Counted from the stretch's first letter, positions 14,086 to 27,054 are shown. The stretch: 64,000 nucleotides of DNA from Macrostomum hystrix (GCA_950097015.1 CATNEN010000038.1:31248001-31312000), one strand, 5' to 3'. A program made the numbers and translations. The notes: generated by a model from the sequence alone, not told the origin.

Positions 14086-15743
14086 TCCAGTCCACTGCCT
14101 TCAGTCCACTGCCTCCAGTCCACTGCCTTCAGTCCACTGCCTCCAGTCCACTGCCTCCAGTCCACTGCCTCCAGTCCACTGCCTCCAGTCCACTGCCTCC
14201 AGTCCACTGCCTACAGTCCGCTGCCTCCAGTCCACTGCCTATAGTCCGCTGCCTACAGTCCACTGCCTCCAGTCCACTGCCTATTGTCCACTGCCTACAG
14301 TCCACTGCCTATAGTCCACTGCCTCCAGTCCACTGCCTCCAGTACACTGCCTCCAGTCCACTGCCTACAGTCCACTGCCTCCAGTCCACTGCCTCCAGTC
14401 CACTGCCTATAGTCCACTGCCTCCAGTCCACTGCCTCCAGTCCACTGCCTCCAGTCCACTGCCTATAGTCCACTGCCTATAGTCCACTGCCTCCAGTCCA
14501 CTGCCTACAGTCCACTGCCTCCAGTCCACTGCCTCCAGTCCACTGCCTCCAGTCCACTGCCTATAGTCCACTGCCTCCAGTCCACTGCCTATAGTCCACT
14601 GCCTACAGTCCACTGCCTATAGTCCACTGCCTATAGTCCACTGCCTACAGTCCACTGCCTCCAGTCCACTGCCTATAGTCCACTGCCTCCAGTCCACTGC
14701 CTATAGTCCACTGCCTACAGTCCACTGCCTACAGTCCACTGCCTTCAGTCCACTGCCTCCAGTCCACTGCCTATAGTCCACTGCCTCCAGTCCACTGCCT
14801 ATTGTCCACTGCCTACAGTCCACTGCCTATATATAGTCCACTGCCTCCAGTCCACTGCCTCCAGTACACTGCCTCCAGTCCACTGCCTACAGTCCACTGC
14901 CTACAGTCCACTGCCTATAGTCCACTGCCTATAGTCCACTGCCTACAGTCCACTGCCTACAGTCCACTGCCTCCAGTCCACTGCCTACAGTCCACTGCCT
15001 CCAGTACACTGCCTACAGTCCACTGCCTCCAGTCCACTGCCTCCAGTACACTGCCTCCAGTCCACTGCCTACAGTCCACTGCCTACAGTCCACTGCCTAT
15101 AGTCCACTGCCTATAGTCCACTGCCTCCAGTCCACTGCCTCCAGTCCACTGCCTATAGTCCACTGCCTCCAGTCCACTGCCTATTGTCCACTGCCTACAG
15201 TCCACTGCCTCCAGTCCACTGCCTACAGTCCACTGCCTCCAGTACACTGCCTACAGTCCACTGCCTATAGTCCACTGCCTTCAGTCCACTGCCTCCAGTC
15301 CACTGCCTCCAGTCCACTGCCTATAGTCTGCTGCCTACAGTCCACTGCCTCCAGTCCACTGCCTATTGTCCACTGCATACAGTCCACTGCCTATAGTCCA
15401 CTGCCTCCAGTCCACTGCCTCCAGTACACTGCCTCCAGTCCACTGCCTATAGTCCACTGCCTCCAGTCCACTGCCTCCAGTACACTGCCTCCAGTCCACT
15501 GCCTCCAGTCCACTGCCTCCAGTCCACTGCCTATAGTCCACTGCCTATAGTCCACTGCCTCCAGTCCACTGCCTCCAGTCCACTGCCTATAGTCCACTGC
15601 CTATAGTCCACTGCCTCCATTCCACTGCCTACAGTCCACTGCCTCCAGTCCACTGCCTCCAGTCCACTGCCTATAGTCCACTGCCTCCAGTCCACTGCCT
15701 CCAGTTCACTGCCTCCAGTCCACTGCCTATAGTCCACGGCCTC
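14086..15743 (+). repeat. 14-bp satellite, array 4
   Basis: Tandem repeat read directly. Confidence 0.97.
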
Positions 15744-18163
15744 TAGACTACTAATTAAGGAAACGTGTAAAGGTTCATTGGCTCTTTCGTTGGTATAACA
15801 ATTTAGATTTATCATTACGTTAGTACGTTAGTCTTTATCAAAGTTGATTTTTAACAGAAAAACAAAATCTTTTGGATTAGAAAAACTGGATGCTATTAAA
15901 CATATAGAATAGGATTATAAAAAAGCAAAAACTGATTAATCTGGACGAGCTTTTTTCTGAGTAAGTAAAACTAATAAAACCAGAGCAAAAGGTTTATGGT
16001 TTACTAAATCTCGCTGTGCTCAAACGGACTGTAGGTTATTTTTATTCAAGTTATGGAATTTTTGGCAGTGTAAGTTTTATTCCCTCTAGTATTGTCTACT
16101 TTTTTGAGAACTCAATAGGCCGATTACATAACAATCAATTTAAATGACCAATTTAAGTTTGATTTTTAGAGTGTGTGTCTGGTTTCATTATGTTATAGCA
16201 TTAATAAAAATCTGGATGTTCGGTAAAACAATGGACTCTAAATATCTCTAAGTATTGTTGGGAATAAAATCGAAATATCAACTTGTACGGTAGAGCAGCA
16301 GCTAGCCTAGCTTGTTAACAATAGAAAGACCACCAAGACGCCAGGGGAAACAGCGTGGTCTTCCTATTGCTCAGAATTCTAAAGGCGAGTAGTAGATTTG
16401 GTTATTTATTCACTGTGCAGGATAGAGTCAATTAAGATATTCTCAAAGTAGCTGACTCAAAATGTCTCAAAAGTATTACAGCTCGAAGAATGTTGAAGAA
16501 ACGGCCAGAGTCCTAAAATCACCTGAACGATGTAACAATGTACGGTCGGACGCGACTGCAGCAGAGCAACAGCTAGTATCTACAAAGAGTAGCAGGAGGC
16601 GACCATACATCAACTAACAAAAGATGTGATACATTAACAACATGATAAATAAGTTGCTTGTAAAAGTACGTTAGCTGTTTATATTTATGAGTTAAGCTCA
16701 AAGACTGCTAAATGAGTGGTGTTTAGCAGGCATTGCTTTTTATGTCACCAAGGGTCAACCGTGTTAACTAAGGGCTGCAGGTAGCTTTTGTTTGCTTGTA
16801 GGCCAACTAAAATATGCTGCTGGATATATCACCAAAAACTTAAAATAACGGGACGCTATCCGGCATGTTTTTAGAATAATGTTCCCAGGATCCTCAAAAG
16901 CCTTAGACTGTTGTACATAACTGTAGAAAAAAAAGTAATATACTTACCCGTCGCATTGGCTCATCATTGAATCATTGAACAAATGACGTATATAGCAAAG
17001 GTGATTTAGCATGACCGAATTGTGATTTTATTCTTATCGCATATTTAGCGCCAGTAGGTTTTTTACGGCAAAACATCTTCATTTAAACTTTTCCCTGAGA
17101 TTTCCTTCAAATCTTTGCTGAGGATTCAGCAGCATCGATGCACTTTTCGCTTGTATAGCAGGCGACCTCAAAAACCGGGCCAGAACTGACATTGAACGCA
17201 TCTGTTCACCTCTGAACCGCGATGAGGTGAGCGTCAATTAATCCGAGAGAACTTTGCACGTTCTCATGAAAAAACTATTTGGCAAACGTCTCGCTCGATC
17301 ATAATATAGCTCGTACATTGGCGAATTGTCTTCGGATAAGAACAACAAAGAATGATGTCCTTTTCAACGCAGGTTGAATTCCTCGAATTCTTAATTTCAT
17401 TAGACTCGAATAATGCAGTAAATTGCATGTCTTCATTTCGATTCAGAATCAAATTTGCCTCGAGAACCATGATCAATAGGCGTCACGTAGAAGTTAGGAA
17501 ATTTCCGATTTCTCTGGAGCACTCTTGAAGGATATGTTTTGTACTCGTAATGGTACAAATCAGTACCACTACCGAAATCAGTACCGGAGCAAGGTCAGCT
17601 TGCTAGTTTACCACCGTCGACCATTACTAGTTGCGGCTGAGTGATGAAATGTCTCGGAGTTCACCAAGACCGGACTAGCTGGTCTCAAATGTTTGTCTCT
17701 GGTCTCTGTAAATAGTCAGAACGTCTGTTTGTTTATGAAGCGTACTTGAGGCGAAATTTTAGGTATCACGGGCCAGGGTTATAATAGACCATTCCAGATT
17801 GGCAACCAATGAAACGCGTTTCAAAGTAAGCGATTTCTGTCAGTCATGGTTCCGGATAGAGATCAGCAACGATTGTAGCAATCAGAATTTACGAACTGAA
17901 AATCTTTCGCTTTCACAATAATGTATATCGAGTCCTACAATTTTGCAGAGAGAAGTTGTTTGAAATCATACTGTCGCACTATACTACTAGAATTTCGACG
18001 AAAAAATCCAAAAACTGCACCAAGCAAGACGAGCCAAATAAAAACGAAAAAGCTAGCGACTTAATCCAACTCTAACGTGAGATAAAAGTATTTTAGCGAA
18101 AGCTATTAGGTAAAACGTGCAGGGTGTTAAAAACGATAATGAGACTTTCTGTTTGTCTGAAAG

Positions 18164-20212
18164 CTAAATTGAAACAAGCAGAGTGCCCTTTATGAAGGCT
18201 CTGCAAATCGGGCAGGTCTTGAGGGACTTGGCGCACACTGAGCAGCAGACCACGTGACCACAGTCCAGAAGCGTGATATTCACCTCCTTGTCCATGCACA
18301 CCTTGCACGTCTTCCAGTCGTTTATATCGCGGGGTCTCGGCTGCTGATTCAGAGGCTCCTTGATCTCGGCCAGTCTGCTCTCGAAGAATGTCTCGGGATC
18401 CTGCGACTGCTGGCGCATGCGGCGGCTCTCGGTGAGCATGAAGTCGAGGAACAGCTCCGATGTGGCAAAGTCGTCGCCTCGCTGTCTGAGATGCAGCTCT
18501 GTGAACAGACGGACTTGCAGAGCAGAGAATCCGAGCTGAGTGAGCAGTCTCACAACCGGCAGATCAGCCCTCGCCTTGATGTCTCTGGCCTCGACTCTGA
18601 ACTCAACTCCACGCGTGATTGCGAGCGCCTCGTCTGTGCGACTGCTGCGGACTGCGGAGGAGCCGCCGACACTCACCGCCGAAGCTGCAGCTGACGGATC
18701 GGGTGAGTCTCTCTGCACCGATGCAGCAGCACGATGAGCAACAACTCCGACCTTCGATACGGGAGGCGACACGGGAGGCGACAGTCGGTGCACCGCCTGC
18801 ACAAAGTCGCTGCCTCGCTCCAACAACACGTGAGCACAGCGAGGTGACCACCGTGCGTGCTGCACCCACACATCATCGTCGCAGCTCCACTCACTCATGC
18901 GGAGTCCACAGCTGAAGCAGCAGGTCGCTCTCTCTTCACTCGAGAAGAAGCCCGCCTTCGCCAGCAAGTACACCGGCTGCGGAACGAGCGCCGATCGCAG
19001 AGACTTTGATCTCTCTTGGTAGCTCTCGAACTGCTCATGTTTGGCAGTCACACTCGATGGGTCCGTCTCCAGACTGTGCTGCAGAGCGGACAGGTTCGTG
19101 AGCGCTCTCTCGGAGCACGCGGATCGAGCCACCTCGCTTGACACTGCCAGCCGAGGACGCCTCGTCAGGTCGAGTGAGATGAGCTCGTCATGAGCAGCAG
19201 CACTCGGTGATCCGTACTGAGCTCGAGTCCACCTCGATCTCACTCCGTCTGTCGCCATCGCCCACTCCGAAATCTCAGTGGGCTCCATGGGAGGCAGCTC
19301 AGAGATCAGCCTCATGCTCCAGTCTCCGCTCACCATCACTGCCTCGGCATGTGCGGTGTGCTCAGTGCACTGTACTGCCTCCACCTGCACTGCCGACCTC
19401 GCCTCTCCTTCTGGCTCTCTGTGCTCTCGGGGCACGTTGCCCACATCGACGAACAGCACGAACGGACAGGTCGAGAAGTGGCGTCTGTGAGCCTCTCGCA
19501 CCTGCTCACCCGCCTCCCAGTCCTTGAGCACACCCTTGCAGAAGGCGCACTTCACTCTGTCCGACTCCTGCAGGTAGAAGAATCCGTCAGCAGCCAGATC
19601 CGTCACTGACACCAGGTGAGACGCAGTGAATGACGCATCAGGCAGGTGGAAGGACTGCCACCTGTTGTCCTCACGTCTCATGTCCCACAGGTGCTGAGGA
19701 ATGGAGGCCGGCATTCCAGTCGTGTCCCATCGCTGATTGCGGAAGTCCAGAGTCTGAGGCACGGACTGAGCTCTGCCGCCAGGTGTGCCGTTGTTGTAGT
19801 ACCTCAGCACCTTGCCTTTTGCTGTTACTTCCAGCTTTTCATGATTTTGTTGGAGAGCGCTTTTGTTTTGATTTGTTATTCGCGACATTCTTTCCTTTGA
19901 TAGTTGTGCTGTTGCTATTGACATTAGGCAAATAAATGTTGTAGTTACTAGTGCCATTCTTTCCTCAACAAGTTTGTTTATCGATTCTGGAGAGTCATTT
20001 TTAGTAAAGTTTGTGCTGGTTATTTCAGCCGCAAAGCATATCACGCTTTTGCTGTTTTGTTGTTGGATAAGAATATGAAAGTTCTCCTTCAGTTTGGGAA
20101 ATTGTCCGAAATCTTTAGGAAATGATTCTCTTCCGTATTTATTATTGCTGTTTGTATCATATTTCTCTGAAAACAATATGCCGTGAAGATTATTAGCCTG
20201 CTTCGCATCCAT
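18164..20212 (-). CDS. Inhibitor of apoptosis protein (BIR-BIR-RING E3 ligase), paralog 1, intronless
   Basis: BIR1 (LAADGFFY..DRVKCAFC..W..H..C), BIR2 (LAKAGFF..CFSC..W..HARWSPRC) and a C-terminal RING (CKVC..CGH..CCSVC..CPICR). First ATG is at 20212; the ORF track starts at TTG 20242. Confidence 0.95.
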   Translation of the reverse strand: MDAKQANNLHGILFSEKYDTNSNNKYGRESFPKDFGQFPKLKENFHILIQQQNSKSVICFAAEITSTNFTKNDSPESINKLVEERMALVTTTFICLMSIATAQLSKERMSRITNQNKSALQQNHEKLEVTAKGKVLRYYNNGTPGGRAQSVPQTLDFRNQRWDTTGMPASIPQHLWDMRREDNRWQSFHLPDASFTASHLVSVTDLAADGFFYLQESDRVKCAFCKGVLKDWEAGEQVREAHRRHFSTCPFVLFVDVGNVPREHREPEGEARSAVQVEAVQCTEHTAHAEAVMVSGDWSMRLISELPPMEPTEISEWAMATDGVRSRWTRAQYGSPSAAAHDELISLDLTRRPRLAVSSEVARSACSERALTNLSALQHSLETDPSSVTAKHEQFESYQERSKSLRSALVPQPVYLLAKAGFFSSEERATCCFSCGLRMSEWSCDDDVWVQHARWSPRCAHVLLERGSDFVQAVHRLSPPVSPPVSKVGVVAHRAAASVQRDSPDPSAAASAVSVGGSSAVRSSRTDEALAITRGVEFRVEARDIKARADLPVVRLLTQLGFSALQVRLFTELHLRQRGDDFATSELFLDFMLTESRRMRQQSQDPETFFESRLAEIKEPLNQQPRPRDINDWKTCKVCMDKEVNITLLDCGHVVCCSVCAKSLKTCPICRAFIKGTLLVSI

Positions 20213-20876
20213 TGCAACTGATTTTGGTTCTGGAATCGGCAATATGAAAAGGCTTCAAGTTAGTTACAAGTTAGTTAGCTTGTATATCTTACTTTGTCAT
20301 TCTGTGTCACGTGGCGAAATCTGATTGGTTTGGAGTTCTGATCGAGGAGTTCTGAATTTTTTTGGCTACCACAAACCGGTGTGGGTGAGGGTTTTTTGTC
20401 TTCGTGGGGCTTAAAAATCCCCTTTAGTCCGTAATGGCACAGTCAGGGACAAGAAGCGATGTCTGAATCTGGATGGCGGTCAGGTTTAGACTTTTAACGC
20501 TTTACATGTGCAGATCGAGAAAGGACGATTCAACTACCGCGTTTGTGTTCCATGTACGAGTATAATTCGTTTGAGTTTCATGTCCGTGTTTACCAATCTG
20601 AAATCAACTAAACTGATCGCTAAAGAAACCAAGCTGCCCGGCGATTTCAGTTATTAGTCTATGGTGACATGAATTCTGCTGGGCCCTTTGCAACAAACCG
20701 AATTGGATGCAGTAAAATCCAATATGCTAAACAAGGTAAACAAGAACGACTAGAGTAACGTGTTCATCTTACGTAGTCCGTGAAATATAATCGTACTAAA
20801 AATGAGAATCCAGAAATATACTGAAATAATGTGTATTACACCGTCTTGATCAATACTACAACTATATTATATTATA

Positions 20877-21125
20877 GGGATTGTAGACTAGTGGTTAGAG
20901 CGTCGGGCTCACGACTTAAAGGTCGGGGGCTCGATTCTCGTCTCCACTCAAGCAACTCGCGTGCTTTGGCATGACACTAAACTGTGCATTTTCAATTACT
21001 CGTAATCCAGTTGTTAAATGGGTACCATCAGCATCAAGGGTGGGTGTGGCGTCCCTCCAGTCTAAACGCAGCCTTCAGCCTAATTTGAGGAGGCGGTCTA
21101 AAAATATTTTGTTACCGCACATCTG
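20877..21125 (+). mobile_element. tRNA-derived CORE-like SINE (family 1), old degenerate copy
   Basis: A/B-box-like tRNA head and GTTAAATGGGTACC core. Similar to the copies at 26041 and 32681. Confidence 0.8.
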
Positions 21126-22201
21126 CCTTCACAGTAGTACGAGTACCCCCGATGCTTTTTAATTCAGATGCTTGTTTATATCGATATAGAAAGTGCACTG
21201 AGCTGCACCCTTAAATTCGTATATTCTAGACTACATCTATTCTGGCTATACTGGATCTCAAACGTACTGTTTTATTTTTTACAAAAACTCACAACGACAC
21301 AGCGATTCCTATCTTTTTGCACGAGTGCGTTTCTGTATAGCGTCTGTACGGGCTCACATGTACAATTAAAAATAACGAGAATACTGTACGTTCTAAATTG
21401 GAAACAATTGGTAACAGTTATGTTTAGAACCGGTTTATCCTCGGATTTTCCGTGGAAAGTTCTTTTCCGTTTTAACACTATATTGTTGCTATTCACAAGA
21501 TTGCAATCCATGGATTAACTCTTAGCTAAACTATCTTTATGAAGCTAAAGACAATCATTATTATAACTCGAGTCTTGACAATTAAACAAATCGGATGACG
21601 CATTTGTTAAGCCATTTTGTTAAATAATATTCGTCTGAGAAAAGGGTAAATGGGTGGACTAAAGCCGATTAAGCACAAAAAATTCTATATAATTCCCTCT
21701 TTTTCCGACTGTCTAGGGCGGAAAGGCACTCGGTTTTTACCATAGACTAGGAGTCAGTGAGAAAAAGAGCGAGAGAGGAAATAAGAGTTTATAAGTAGGA
21801 CAGAAGAGTGCAATAAAAGCTTATTGGGCCAAATATTTGTTCTCCAGTTGGTCTGGGCCATAGATAGGACAAAAGTGTTCCTCATGTGCTCGTTTGAAAG
21901 CATAGCACTCACCCCGATTTAGCTTGGGGGAATTTCCGCTCGCAAGCTGCCACTAAAAACCCTTTTGGTCATAGACTATTTTTCTGCGAGTTGTTTACCT
22001 AAGCTATCGGGTTTATATACTTTAAAACTGTTGAGTCAGTTTGAACCGTTGTGAATAGATTTAGGCGGGAAGTGATAAGCAGCTAACGTGTCTATGGCCA
22101 AACCTCATGGTTTTCGTGAGCAGAAGAATTTTGCTAGAGTGACAGCACATTTAGAGGATATATAATCTGTGGCCGAAACCGTCTTCTAACTCGCTTCTCT
22201 A

Positions 22202-22912
22202 CCCGGCCAGATAAACACATTTATCTTGTCTATGGCCCAGACCAACTGGGGAATCAATAAGAGACTTGTCTGCACTTTATCTTGCTGGGCCAAACAACTA
22301 AAAATCGTTTCGCTATTTATTCCCCAGTTGGATTGGCCCATAGACCAGATAAATTTATTTATTTGGCCGTTGAAATTAATCTGGCCGGGACAGATAAGCA
22401 ATTATCTGGTCCGGTGACATTGACATATAACCAAGTGTGCGTAAAAGTCTCAAGCTCGTGTATAGTTTATGGCCCAAAGGCCACCAAAGAAATAGATTGA
22501 AGTGTGCAGTAAATTCCGCAACTGTGCGGTAAATGTGCGGCTACTTGATCTCCGTGCCATCCCTCTTCTGAGCTACTATGCAGTAAATCCCAGACGGGTA
22601 TTGTCTATGGGCCGAAGGAGCTGGTCTTGCCCACACACACTTGGTCATAAATCAATGCACTTATGCTAGGCTTCCGAGTGCGTAAATAGTCTTGGCACGA
22701 GTGCCATAGACTATTTACGCACTAGGAAGCCTAGCATAAATCTACCAATTATCTGGCTTCAACTGTGGAATAAATACATTATCACCCACTTGTTTGACTT
22801 ATCTATGGCCGAAAACGTCTTCGGACATGGTTTCTTGGCCTCGGCTTCGCCTCGGCCAATAAACGAGTCCTCAGCCGTTCCCGGCCAAAATAAATAAAAA
22901 AGTGGGTGATAA
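22202..22912. mobile_element. Cluster of short inverted-repeat (MITE-like) elements: ~22202-22370, ~22418-22657, 22661-22739, ~22779-22912
   Basis: Terminal inverted repeats read directly, e.g. TTATCACCCACTT/AAGTGGGTGATAA, plus a 79-bp near-perfect palindrome. Confidence 0.65.
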
Positions 22913-23236
22913 CTTATACTTATCAGACTAATAGATAACTAATTTAGCAGGACAAATGAATAAATAATTATTGACTGCATTTGTGGAGAGACGGCAAAAA
23001 CAGATAACCTAAAATATTCATTTATATAGCTTACCTCGTCAGTTAGTCCACGAAAAATCCAAGGCAGCACCGTGGAAAGCCACATTGTCACCACCGTATA
23101 TATAATAGGCATTGTACTTAGCTTGCTTACGCATTGATTAAAAATGTCTGTACAAAATTTGTGCACACGATACAGAAATTGAACTGAGGTTATTTTTAAC
23201 TATACAGTAAAACACTTCTTTAGCGGACTCATTGCT

Positions 23237-26039
23237 GTGCACTATGTCAACATGGACACTAAGCCTCATACTTTTTACCCCGGAACCAAACTGGGGAGTT
23301 TCCAGCCGATGGAGACGCGGTCGCTAATGCAAGTTGAGTCAGTGAACGACCAAGAAATCGAGCATGGACCCGATGTTGTAGCGCAAGTGCATATCGATGA
23401 GAAAAATCTGACAGCCAATCAAGCCCGGAGTGTCAAGGACATGCTGCATCAGTACCGGGATGTTTTCTCAAAGAGTCGAACGACCTGGGCTGCACTACAC
23501 TGCTGGACCACAAAATCGACACGGGGTCGGCGCAGCCCACCCGAGTACTTCCTCGGCGGTTATCGCCTCCGAACCAGCGAGTGGTGTCGGAGATGGTCGA
23601 TCAGATGGTGCGTGATGACATCGTAGAGCCGTCGAGTTCTCCATGGTCGAGCCCAGTCATCCTGGTGAAGAAGAAGGACGGTTGTTTGCGTTTTGTGAGC
23701 GATTTCAGACTGCTTAACTCTGTGACGGTGAAGGACAGTCATCCACTGCCTCACACCAGCGATCTGATCGACGCCTTGGCGGGATCCACGATGTTTTCGA
23801 CACTAGATTTCACCAGCGGCTACTCTCAGGTGATGTAGGACTCGGAGAGTCGTGAAAAAACTGCATTTCCTGAGCCACAGGGATTAATTGTTCCAGTACA
23901 AGAGGCTGCCTCAAGGAGTCTGCAACGGGCCTGCCACATTCTCGAGACTGATGGAACTCGTGCTGAAGGTTCTTCGATGGGAAGTGTGTCTATCATTTCT
24001 CGATGACGTAGTCATATTTTCGAAAGGATTCGAGGAGCATCTTCGTAGACTTCAGCTTGTGCTGCAGAAATTTAGAACCGCAAATCTGAAGTTAAAGCCG
24101 ACGAAGTGCCACTTGTGCTATCAAGAAATATCTTTTCTTGGCTTTCGAATCTCCAAGGACTGTGTGACAACTGATCCGGACAAGGTAAAGGCAGTACAGG
24201 AGTAACCAACGCCTGAGGACCGTTCAGAAGTGCGGCAGTTTCTGGGGCTGTGCGGCTACTATCGGCAGTTCGTCAAAAACTACAGCGAGATTGCTGCGCC
24301 ATTGTACAAACTAACGCAGAAGGATGTGGCTTTCAACTGGTCTCCGGAGTGCTCAGCGGCATTCAATCAACTGAAGCAGTGCCTGACATCCAGCCCGGTC
24401 CTCATCATGCCGACATTCGCAGAAGACGCCAAGTTTGCGCTGGACACCGATGCCTCCGGCGTGGCTATCTCAGGAGTTCTGCAGGAGCGCCGTGGTGACA
24501 GGACGCAGGTGGTGGCGTACGGCAGTCGAATCCTGTCCAAGGCAGAACGAAATTACTGCACAACGAGACGAGAGTTGCTGGCAATTGTGCACTTCGTCGG
24601 CCACTATCGCAGCTATTTGCTGGGAAAGAAATTCACCCTGCGCAATGACCACGCATCCCTGATTCATTTGCTGCGTTTCTGAGATCCTGATGGTCAGCTG
24701 GCCCGGTGGAGCAATCGGAGCAATCGGCAGCGGCAGCTTCTGTCCGAGTTCCAGCGGCTGACGCTCGTAGGCGGTCTGCTGTGCCGCCGGTGGGAGTCAG
24801 ATGATGGCAGCGCCCTTTGTCAGCAGCTGCTGGTGCCGGAAAGTCTGCAGCACGATGTCTTCGCCGAAGCTCATGCTGGAACGAGCGGCAGCCACTGCGG
24901 TCCGCAGAAGACCATCAAAAAAATCAGGGCGCGACTCTGCTGGCCTGGAATGACACCAGACGTGACTAACTGGTGCGCCACGTGCAGCGAATGCGCGAGA
25001 CTGAAGGACTCCGGTCAGCACAGGCGGGCGCCTCTGCAGAGCATGGCGGTCGGCAGCGTTGGTCAGCGACTGGAAATGGACTTCATGGTGGGCTTGCCGA
25101 GAACTGAGCGAGAAAATTCAGTTATCCTGGTCGTCATCGACACCTTCAGCAAATGGACCGAGGCCTTCCCACTGCCATCCCAAGACGCTGAGACTACAGC
25201 CCGCACATTTTTCAACGAGTGGGTGGCTCGCTTCAGAGTTCCGGAGTCAGTGCACACGAACCAGGGCCGGAACTGGGAGTCGCAGTTGTTTAAAGAGACG
25301 ATGCAGATGTTGCAGCAATGCAGATCGACAAAACGCGGACGACAGGCTATCACCCTGAAGGAGACGGCGGCTGTGAACGGATGAACCGGACGCTGGTGCA
25401 GCTGCTGCGAGCCTGGGTGAACGAGAACCAGCGAGACTGGGACCTTCATCTGCAGATTGCACTCATGGGGTACCGCACTTCAGTGCACAAGTCAACTAGT
25501 CAGACACCCTCGGCGATGCATCTCGGCCGGGAACTGCGGCTGCCACTGGACTTGGCCTACGGAGGTCTGGCACCTGACGACCGCCGCCCGTGCGAGTGGG
25601 TGGCCAAACTGCGGACCCGCATGCAGACGTCGCACGAGAGGGCGAGGCAAAGCCTGGAGACAGCGCAGCTGCACCAGAAGGTGGAGTACGACAAGCGGTG
25701 CCTCGGCGAAGTTTCAGCGAGGGCGATCTGGTCTGGCTACACAATCCAGCACTCAAGCAAGGTGAGTGCCGCAAATTTCACCGCTGGTGGACCGAGCCAT
25801 GGCGAATTAAAAAGAAAATTTCGGAGGTCATCTACCGCATTCAGCTTGAGACCAACGCGCGGAAGAAGCGGGTCGTGCACTTCAATCGCCTGAAGTCCTG
25901 CAAGGCGGCCAGTCCAGTCGGCGCCCCAGTCGGCGCCCCAGCCGCCGCCCCAGCCAGCGCTCCTATCGTTGTCGAATTGCGTCGCAGTGAAAGGACCCGT
26001 GCTCCTCCAGAGTTTTTCGGTGAAGTTTATACCCATTGA
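23237..26039 (+). pseudogene. pol: Ty3/Gypsy pol remnant (RT-RNaseH-integrase) with stops and frameshifts
   Basis: RT motifs SPWSSPVILVKKK, LPQG and FLDD. RNaseH motifs TDASG and ERNYCTTRRELLA. Integrase HH-CC, MDF..DTFSKW and ERMNRTL. Domain order is Gypsy. Split across several ORFs. Confidence 0.95.
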
Positions 26040-26040
26040 A

Positions 26041-26382
26041 GGTTGTAGCCTAGTGGTTGTAGCCTAGCAGAGATTGTAGCCTAGTGGTTAGGGCGTCGGA
26101 CTCACGACTTGAAGGTCGGGGGTTCGATTCCCGGCTCCACTGAAACAATTTGTGTTCTTTAGCAAGACACTTAACTCTGCATTGCTTCAGTTCACCCAGC
26201 TGTTAAATGGGTACCAGCATCAGCTGGGATAATTGAAGGTGGGTGTGGTGTCCCCCCAGTCCGTGGACTGAACAGCTGTACGCAGCCTTCAGATGCGCCG
26301 CGCATTAGCTGCGGCTGTGCTGTCGGCTGCACATCTGACCCAATTGGGGCAGGTGTAATCAATTATTATTATTATTATTATT
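26041..26382 (+). mobile_element. tRNA-derived CORE-like SINE (family 1), full length, with (ATT)n tail and 14-bp TSD TTATACCCATTGAA (26027-26040 / 26381-26394)
   Basis: tRNA head (TAGCCTAGTGG..GGTTCGATTCC), MIR-CORE-like GCAAGACACTTAAC..CAGCTGTTAAATGGG, tail and TSD are all visible. Confidence 0.92.
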
Positions 26383-26588
26383 ATACCCATTGAAAATAAT
26401 GTTTGATTTTTTTGCAAACACTGCTGTCAGGTAAGTTTAAATTAATTTTTTTCATTTTATCTTTCTTTTTTATTCCATTGAGTTACTGTTGCAACAATAA
26501 TTGAAATATTTTTTTACTAAATTACTCGTACTTTTTTATTAAATAAGAAGCTCGAATATTGTAAAAGTGAGTGGAACACTTTTTTCGC

Positions 26589-26748
26589 AGAAGGAGAGCA
26601 TTGTAAGATTGTTGGCAACATTTTTGCACGCGATATGTACGTTTGCGTACAATGATGTACATTAATCGTTAAAATATAAGCGAGTGAGTTGACGCCTTAA
26701 GTGCCGAGAATTTGGTCTACGCTACAATCTCGTTTTCGGCGGCTTACA
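26589..26748 (+). mobile_element. PPT (26589-26598) and 147-bp 3' LTR (26602-26748) of the Gypsy remnant
   Basis: AGAAGGAGAG is followed by TGTAAG...CTTACA inverted ends, downstream of pol. Confidence 0.7.
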
Positions 26749-27054
26749 TATTTTATAAAGTCAAGCAGAAATTAATGACATATTTTAATTTAAAAGCAGG
26801 AATGGGAAAAAAATTCTCTAAGCGGAGAGCAGCGAGCGAATGAGTTTACACGATGTGAGAAGCTCACGTTAAAAGGCTAGCAGGTGGGGTTGGGGGCGGC
26901 TACCCACCCCACACACGTGCAAACAAAGGCATGGGGGTTGGCTGATCACTAAAGCCGGTTTGCACAGGCGCAAGCACCCATTCAAACCAAAGCAAATATA
27001 TTCGCCAAGTCACATGGCACATATAGACGATATACAAGAGAGTTTAGAATAGAA

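Larger units (their letters stand above)
1..15743 (+). repeat. Tandem macro-repeat, 4 units of ~3.5-4.2 kb (starts ~1, 4021, 8081, 12281). Each unit = unique A + 15-mer satellite + (GGAT)n + unique B + 14-mer satellite
   Basis: The same blocks recur at fixed offsets (ORFs 1806/5012/9072; 3987/8047/12247; 4344/8404/12604). Unit length varies with the satellite copy number. Confidence 0.97.

Noticed and set aside
688-15815. Many ORFs of the types MGQIF, MDGW, HPSI and STAYSPLPPVHCL
   Set aside because: Translations of the 15-mer, GGAT and 14-mer satellites.
15745-18090. Possible gene in the unique AT-rich stretch (ORF 17264-17476, a minus-strand GTAAGT near 16948)
   Set aside because: I could not build a consistent exon chain or recognise a domain.
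26041-26140. tRNA-Val(CAC)-like gene (also at 20877 and 32681), and tRNA-like SINE2 heads
   Set aside because: Stems are imperfect. For family 1 the head runs into a CORE-like body, ATT tail and TSD. These are SINE heads, not tRNA genes.
23237-26748. Gypsy pol remnant as the autonomous partner of the gag-only element
   Set aside because: It is disrupted, and its 147-bp LTR (TGTAAG..CTTACA) is unrelated to the 2.3-kb LTR.
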